Source: Minutocellus sp. GHC0000111 (lineage: Eukaryota). From it: 64,000 nucleotides of DNA. The stretch covers positions 1,984,001 to 2,048,000 of the forward strand of contig OZ361256.1 of assembly GCA_977018835.1 (NCBI GenBank), given 5' to 3'. The notes under the pieces are model-generated. The model saw only the letters and a program-made list of their open reading frames with translations. It made no database searches and was not told the origin of the DNA. Made by a program: the position numbers and the translations under genes. Below, one piece after another: positions 57,678 through 64,000 of this stretch (position 1 is its first letter; each line of letters opens with the position of its first letter).

Positions 57678-60600
57678 ATGACAGTCAAAGAGGAGTCGGC
57701 GACGCCACCGCCGCCCGGTGAGCCTCAGCCAACCGACACCGTCCCGCCCTCTCCAAACTCCTCCTCCGAGGATGTTGAGGAGGTGGAAATGTTTGCCAAT
57801 GAAATATCGGAAGAAAAGCTGGCGTCTGGAGGAGCTGCGGGCATTGAGGATTCCGATCGCGACCCCCCGCGTGTATCGCTGATGGACCGTCATGGCATCC
57901 GAACACAGTCTTTGGAAGACCAGGCCTCGTGCCTGTCGGATTGGTTCCTGGCGTATCTCAATCCTCTCCTGAAGCACGGCTCGTCCAACGTCATCGACGC
58001 CGATGACATTGGCGTTCCGTCCGAGCAAGACCGGGCCGGTCCGACCTTTGAGCTGGCGCACAATCTGTGGGAGGCCGAGATGGAGCGCACCCGCCTGATC
58101 AACGAAACGCGCAAGGCCAAGCACGATGCCAAGCTGGCCAAGATGTCCGACGCCAAGCGGGCCAAGGCCCGGGCCTTCAAGCCCGCCGAACCCTCCGTCG
58201 CGCGCATCCTGCTCCGAGGTTATGGTCGGGGCAAGTGCGCTCTGGCCATGTTCCTGTATATTTGTTCGGCGATGCTCAACTTCCTCCCCGTCCTTCTGCT
58301 GAACGACCTCGTGAGCTTCTTCGAGGCCGGTGCCCCCATCAACGACTGGCGGGGCATCACCCGCGTCCATCCGTGGGTGGAAGTGGTTGGGCTAGGCCTG
58401 ACCCCCCTCCTCGTATCCCTCCTGCAAACCAGGTCGATGGTCGTCTTCCAGCATTTGGCCATCTTTGTCCGCACGGCGGTCAGTACCCTCCTCTACGAGA
58501 AGAGTCTGTGCATCAGCGCGGCCGGACGTGCCGCCACCTCGACCGGACAGGTTGTCAACATGATGAGCAACGATACCACCCAGCTCCAGCGCTTCATTCA
58601 GTTCGGCGGCATGACCATGGTCGCTCCCCTCCAGATCATCGTGGCGCTCGCCCTCATCTACCAGCAGGTCGGCAATGCCACCTGGGTCGGCGTCGCCTTC
58701 ATGCTGGCCCTGGCCCCCGTCAACGTCGTTGTGTTCAGCGTCGTTGGCAAGATGCGCCGCAAGGTCCTCAAGTACTCCGATCTGCGCGTGAAGATGATGA
58801 ACGAGATTCTGGCGGGCATTCGCATCATCAAGTACTATGCATGGGAACGTCCCTTCGCCAAGGAGGTGGGGAAGATCCGTGACAGCGAGCTCAAGGCGCT
58901 GACGAGGTTGGCGTACGTGTCGGCCGTCGGTTTCTCCCTGATTTTGCTCAGTGCGCCTATCATTCAGCCGATACTGGTCTTTTTGACCTACATCAAGATT
59001 CAGGACGAGCCTCTCAGTGCTGCCACGGCCTTTACGACTGTTGCACTGTTCAACATTATGCGTTTTCCGTTCGCTTTCATGCCGATGGGTATGCTGCAGT
59101 TTATCCAAAGTCGTATCTCTCTCCGCCGTTTGGCCAGATACCTGGAGCTGCCGGAATTGGAGAAATATGTTGTCTCGGAGCCTCCCACCGACGACGATTC
59201 TAGCGATGCGTCGGCGCAGGTTGGTAGTATCACCATCAAAAATGCATCCTTCGCCTGGACAGCTTCCGGCAAAAAGATTGGTCCCATCGATGATGCTGCC
59301 GAAAAGGCCAAGAAGAAGAAGGAGGCAAGAGAGGCCAAGAAGGCCAAGCGCCGTAGCAGCAAGGCGACGCCAAATGCCGAGGATCTGCGAAAGTCGGCCA
59401 CTGCAGAGCAGCTGCAAAAGATGCGAAAGAGTGCGAGTGTCGGGTCCAAGTTGGATGATCTCGAGGGTACCAACCATTCCTCCTTTGATGCCGAGTGGGG
59501 ACCCGATAATCACACCACCCTACGCGATATTACCTGCACCATCGAGGCGGGATCGTTGATCGGAATTGTCGGTACTGTTGGAAGTGGCAAGTCATCGTTT
59601 CTGTCCGCTGTTTTGGGAGAGATGGAAGCAGTCGATGGCGCCAAAGTGTACGTCCCCAGAGATGAAAGTCCTAAGGAGCGAAAGAATTCCAACTTTAGCT
59701 CGTACTGTGCCCAGACGCCTTGGGTTGTGAACGACACTCTGAGGGGTAACATTTTGTTCGGCCGCCGGTACAATAAGGAACGATATGAAAAGGTGATCGA
59801 AGCCTGTGCTCTTCTTGACGATCTTGCCGTGCTGCCTGCTGGAGACAAGACAGAAATTGGCGAGAAGGGAATCAATCTGAGCGGCGGACAAAAGGCCCGC
59901 GTATCGCTCGCCAGGGCCATGTATTCTGAGGAGACCAAGCTCCTCCTTCTGGACGACCCACTTTCGGCGGTAGATGCCCACGTCGGCGAGCATCTCTTCA
60001 GGAGAGCCATTACCGGAGAAGTCTCTGCCGGCACTACCAGGCTGCTTGTTACCCATCATGTTCACTTCTTGCCTCGCTGCGATAAGGTGATCGTTTTGGA
60101 AGGTGGAAGAATCAAACACTATGGAAAGTACTCCGATTTGATTGACGAGGGTGTTGACTTTGCTGGATCGGTAGACGTAACCAAGGGCGACGATGCACCT
60201 GATGCTTCCACTACCGAAGATGATAAGGCGTCGTCATCCAGTGCCTCTCCTGCCAAGAAAGCTGAAAAGAGCGAGGATGACAAAAAGGACGCAGACGGTG
60301 GTAGCGCTGATGACAAGACCAAGGCAGCCATGAAGAAACGTGGCCAGAGTCTCGTCCAGAAAGAGGAACGTGAGGAGGGATCGGTGGCAGGCAGCGCGTA
60401 TGTGCACTACGCAAGGGCTGGCGGTTTTTGCGCATTTCTCACCATGTTCATGATTCAAGGATTGGGAAGAGCATCCGAAATCGGCGCCTCGTTCTGGCTT
60501 GCCTACTGGGCTGAGAATGCTATTGGCGCAGCCATGGCCGGTACCCCCCTTTCGGATGAACGGACGGTTTGGTACCTCAACATCTATGCCTTGTTCGGGA

Positions 60601-62177
60601 TGGTTGCCGTCTTCGGTCTCACTATCCGTTCGGTTCTTATGGCTGTTCATCGTCTTCACGCCTCCAAGACTCTTCACAAGAATCTCTTGACGAGGATACT
60701 TCGTGCTCCAGTGGCGTTCTTCGATGTCACCCCAACAGGCCGTGTATTGGCTCGATTTGCCGCAGACATGGACAAAATTGACCTTGACCTCACCCAATCG
60801 ATCGGACAGGGCATGGGAACCATCTTTTCGGTCCTTGGTGCGATCGGTGCCATCGTTGCCGCGACCAAGGGTACCTTCCTCATCGCTTTGGTTCCCATGA
60901 GCTACTTCTACTATTTGATACAAAAGTGGTTTCGCCGAACGTCGACCGAACTTCAGCGCGTTACCAGTATTAGCATTTCGCCCATCTTTGCCGACTTTTC
61001 TCAAGTTTTGTCGGGCACATCGACTGTTCGCGCCTACTCCGAGCAATCGCGATTCTTTCGACAATGCCAGAGCTCTTTCGACAAATTCAATGCATGCTAT
61101 AGCGTCCAGCAAATGTGCAACTACTGGCTTGGACTTCGATTGGATTTGCTTGGTGGTTTTATTGGATTCTTCGTTGGTGCCATCGCAGTGGGAACTGCCC
61201 AGTATGGTTTCATTCCCGCCGGTTGGCTTGGACTTGCTCTTAGCTACTCTATCGAGGTGACTGGCTTCCTCAAGCACGGCGTGCGCATGATTGCTACCGT
61301 CGAGGCCGACATGAACTCTGTTGAGCGTGTCCTTTACTACTCTGAATCCATCGACACCGAGGCTCCTGAAGAGGTGCCCGACAAGGACCCTGCCGCTGAT
61401 TCCTGGCCTAGCAAGGGCCAGATCGACGTTGACCATACCTCGATGAGGTATCGTGATGGACCCCTCGTCCTCAAGGACATTTCCATTACCATCAATGGCG
61501 GCGAAAAGATTGGCGTCGTTGGCCGCACGGGTTCCGGGAAGAGTAGTCTGATGAATCTTCTATTCCGGATCACCGAGGCAGAAAACGACGGTGGCCGAAT
61601 CGTCATCGATGGGGTCAATACCGCAGAGATTGGAACATCGACCCTTCGACTCAACCTCAGCATCATCCCGCAGGATCCGGTCATGTTCTCAAATACGGTT
61701 CGTTACAACTTGGACCCCTTCGTTGAGAAATCTGACGAAGAGCTATGGGAAGTCCTCAAGAAGGTCCAGCTCGCTGAGGTCATTGCCATGCTCCCCAACG
61801 GCCTCGACGATCAGGTCGCGGAAGGTGGAGAGAATTTCAGTCAGGGTCAGAGACAGCTGTTGTGTATTGCTCGATCTCTTTTGAGAGGTAATCGCATCCT
61901 CGTGATGGACGAAGCCACAGCCTCCATCGACAACAAGACTGATGCGGCTATCCAGAAGATGATCCGTGAGAACTTTGGAGATTGCACCGTACTCACTATT
62001 GCTCATCGTTTGGGTACTATTTTGGACAGCGATCGAATCCTTGTTCTGGATGATGGACACGTTGCTGAGTTCGACACTCCCGCGGCGCTACTCGCCAAGA
62101 AGGACGGAATCTTCAAGGCCATGGTCGAAAAGAGCAAGGCGTCGCATTCTGGCGGCAGCATTGAGGAGGAGACCTGA
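57678..62177 (+). CDS. ABC transporter subfamily C (MRP-type), 1499 aa
   Basis: [64 protein letters not shown]. Confidence 0.96.
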   Translation: MTVKEESATPPPPGEPQPTDTVPPSPNSSSEDVEEVEMFANEISEEKLASGGAAGIEDSDRDPPRVSLMDRHGIRTQSLEDQASCLSDWFLAYLNPLLKHGSSNVIDADDIGVPSEQDRAGPTFELAHNLWEAEMERTRLINETRKAKHDAKLAKMSDAKRAKARAFKPAEPSVARILLRGYGRGKCALAMFLYICSAMLNFLPVLLLNDLVSFFEAGAPINDWRGITRVHPWVEVVGLGLTPLLVSLLQTRSMVVFQHLAIFVRTAVSTLLYEKSLCISAAGRAATSTGQVVNMMSNDTTQLQRFIQFGGMTMVAPLQIIVALALIYQQVGNATWVGVAFMLALAPVNVVVFSVVGKMRRKVLKYSDLRVKMMNEILAGIRIIKYYAWERPFAKEVGKIRDSELKALTRLAYVSAVGFSLILLSAPIIQPILVFLTYIKIQDEPLSAATAFTTVALFNIMRFPFAFMPMGMLQFIQSRISLRRLARYLELPELEKYVVSEPPTDDDSSDASAQVGSITIKNASFAWTASGKKIGPIDDAAEKAKKKKEAREAKKAKRRSSKATPNAEDLRKSATAEQLQKMRKSASVGSKLDDLEGTNHSSFDAEWGPDNHTTLRDITCTIEAGSLIGIVGTVGSGKSSFLSAVLGEMEAVDGAKVYVPRDESPKERKNSNFSSYCAQTPWVVNDTLRGNILFGRRYNKERYEKVIEACALLDDLAVLPAGDKTEIGEKGINLSGGQKARVSLARAMYSEETKLLLLDDPLSAVDAHVGEHLFRRAITGEVSAGTTRLLVTHHVHFLPRCDKVIVLEGGRIKHYGKYSDLIDEGVDFAGSVDVTKGDDAPDASTTEDDKASSSSASPAKKAEKSEDDKKDADGGSADDKTKAAMKKRGQSLVQKEEREEGSVAGSAYVHYARAGGFCAFLTMFMIQGLGRASEIGASFWLAYWAENAIGAAMAGTPLSDERTVWYLNIYALFGMVAVFGLTIRSVLMAVHRLHASKTLHKNLLTRILRAPVAFFDVTPTGRVLARFAADMDKIDLDLTQSIGQGMGTIFSVLGAIGAIVAATKGTFLIALVPMSYFYYLIQKWFRRTSTELQRVTSISISPIFADFSQVLSGTSTVRAYSEQSRFFRQCQSSFDKFNACYSVQQMCNYWLGLRLDLLGGFIGFFVGAIAVGTAQYGFIPAGWLGLALSYSIEVTGFLKHGVRMIATVEADMNSVERVLYYSESIDTEAPEEVPDKDPAADSWPSKGQIDVDHTSMRYRDGPLVLKDISITINGGEKIGVVGRTGSGKSSLMNLLFRITEAENDGGRIVIDGVNTAEIGTSTLRLNLSIIPQDPVMFSNTVRYNLDPFVEKSDEELWEVLKKVQLAEVIAMLPNGLDDQVAEGGENFSQGQRQLLCIARSLLRGNRILVMDEATASIDNKTDAAIQKMIRENFGDCTVLTIAHRLGTILDSDRILVLDDGHVAEFDTPAALLAKKDGIFKAMVEKSKASHSGGSIEEET

Positions 62178-62684
62178 GATATGAAACCTGTAGATCTACT
62201 CACATTTGAAGTAAACACATAGGAAATTCCTACATGTAGCATGCTATATAGATCTACATGAGAGCATTTACATGTATGAATAGATTCCTTCGGTTCGATT
62301 TTTCTGCTGCTGTTCTTGGCCCTTACTGGTGCGACTGCTGGCTGCAGGGCTGCTCTGGCGTTACTGCGTACCTTTCGAGTTCAGAGGATTTGAAAGTGAC
62401 GTGATGATGACGTATTAGAAACACGACCACACCAGACCAAAAATCCAAGCTCACTTTTTCTAACTCCGAGGAATAAATGACGGCCAAGATGGAAGTCGGG
62501 GCAAGAACCAAGTTATGGTCACCAACTTCTACATATAGTCGAGAGATATTGTGCACCAGAACCAATAAATGTACATTATGTGATGATATTTTTCGACATT
62601 TGCATTCCTCACCCCGGGAAAAAACACATTTTTGGAAGCACCAAATCAAAATGTAATGAATAGAAATGGACATGCTATGATAAG

Positions 62685-64000
62685 TTATAGCAAATCAATG
62701 ACTCCATCGTCTTCATCATTTTCATCTATGTCGTCCTCAATGTCATCATCTTCGCCGGGAGCATCAATTGGCCAGAGTGGTTCACCATCCTCTTCAGCTT
62801 CTTCCTCTCGGCAATTTTTGCGAGACCAGCCTTTCCCCGTCTGGTCTCCACAAGATTGTTACCGCCACGACTTCTCTTGATGTTGTTATATATCACTGGA
62901 AGTTTTCCAAATACATTGAGAAAGGCCTCTTTTGATGCGACATTGGCCCATACTTTCATCACAGTCTTGTCAAGAGCATTCGCATCATTCTTCTGACCGC
63001 GATGCTCCTTTTCGACGGCCGACTGCAAAGACATCCAGATGCCGAGATCAAGAACATTTGTCTCGGGCGACCGAGGAACCTGCTGGATTATCTCAATCTT
63101 ATATTTGTTTTTGAGGTCCTCGGTGTACTTCTCAACTGCTTCATTGGACCCATGACCGCCGGCATTGTCCATCATAAGACATGTAACATCAGACTCCTGA
63201 ATATTTTGTGGATCCCACTTCACCCAATGATGTGCGTCTCGAATCGCCTTCCCGACCTCATTCATAGTCTCCAACATCCATTTGGAGTCGCAGCTACAGT
63301 CCTTGGTAACCTTATCGCCCCGTTGATGCCGCACCCCGAGCTCAAGGTCGTCGATCTCAACCTTCACCTTCTCTCCATTGCTGCTATCAGGAGTGTGTCG
63401 CTTGAGACTCGAGATCTTTTGATTGTAGCCAACAGCGGCATGCTTGCGACTTTTTGCCTGACCGTCGGATTTATAGTCCTCGTATTGAAGTTCCAATCGC
63501 TCTGTGTAACAAACTCAGAAAGGCCGTAGATTTCGGCAGTGTGGTCGCAAAGATGGCCGGCGGTCATGTCAGCATTCTCGTCGTAAATGTCGCGCCAATC
63601 TTTGTCATTTTTTAGCGCATCGTTGACCTTAGCATCTGGAGAGAAATTCTGATTACGCGTAAGCTTTTCCACCTTCTGCTCCCTGGCGACTCTCTTGATC
63701 ATGATGCGCCCATTGAAATCAACGTCTTTGGTTTCATCCTTCATTGGTCGGCCAACAACTCCAAGATACATAACTTTGACAGGGTGTCTTCTGGATCGAA
63801 TTTTCGGGCTTGCCTCGGAAGCATGGATAGACGCGAGGTTCGGACTGCTTAGTTCTTCGTCAGAAAGTGGCAACATCTTGATCTTTCGTCGCCGAGTAGC
63901 AGTGTAAAACCACTTTTCATCAAGATACGCTACAGGAATGTTGGGATCGGTCGTAATGTCCTCCCACTTTTCGATCCAATCAAGTCGCTTCCTACAACAT
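62685..64000 (-). pseudogene. Tc1/mariner DD39D-type transposase, frameshifted, 5' part beyond the window
   Basis: YLDEKWFY, KVMYLGVVGRP, MDNAGGHG, QVPRSPETNVLDLGIW; 39 residues between the second and third Asp. Confidence 0.88.

Noticed and set aside
1..64000. CRISPR arrays, rRNA or tRNA genes, prokaryotic operons
   Set aside because: None seen; the content is intron-bearing eukaryotic genes.

Overview
Gene-dense eukaryotic DNA with short GT-AG introns. Bipartite plastid-targeting leaders, RXL-motif proteins and the 'QVGLRCIHC' family point to a diatom or other ochrophyte (inference). It holds about 25 host genes, including PSMB2, two tail-to-tail DNAJC11 paralogues, an ERI1-like exonuclease, TRAPPC10, PhoD, an NSD/ASH1-type SET protein, mitochondrial L35, a PIN-like carrier, an ABCC transporter and an H-cluster-only [FeFe]-hydrogenase with a probable plastid leader. 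Four mobile elements are present: a 4.0-kb Tc1/mariner element with TIRs that splits a host gene, an intact Crypton-like tyrosine recombinase, an 8.4-kb Ngaro-type retrotransposon with A...B-A-B split direct repeats, and a second Tc1/mariner transposase at the right edge. The main finding is a local hypermutation of TpA to TpG or CpA (A>G on either strand), strongly biased to the palindromic RTAY context, over transposon-associated domains (about 12.8-15.5 kb and 45-51.2 kb). It converts catalytic Tyr to His/Cys, changes both TA target-site copies to TG and extends into flanking host DNA. It resembles a 'reverse-RIP' genome defence; I am not aware of a description of it, but could not search the literature. 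All counts are by hand and approximate. Several host genes carry frameshifts, so some lesions may be assembly errors.
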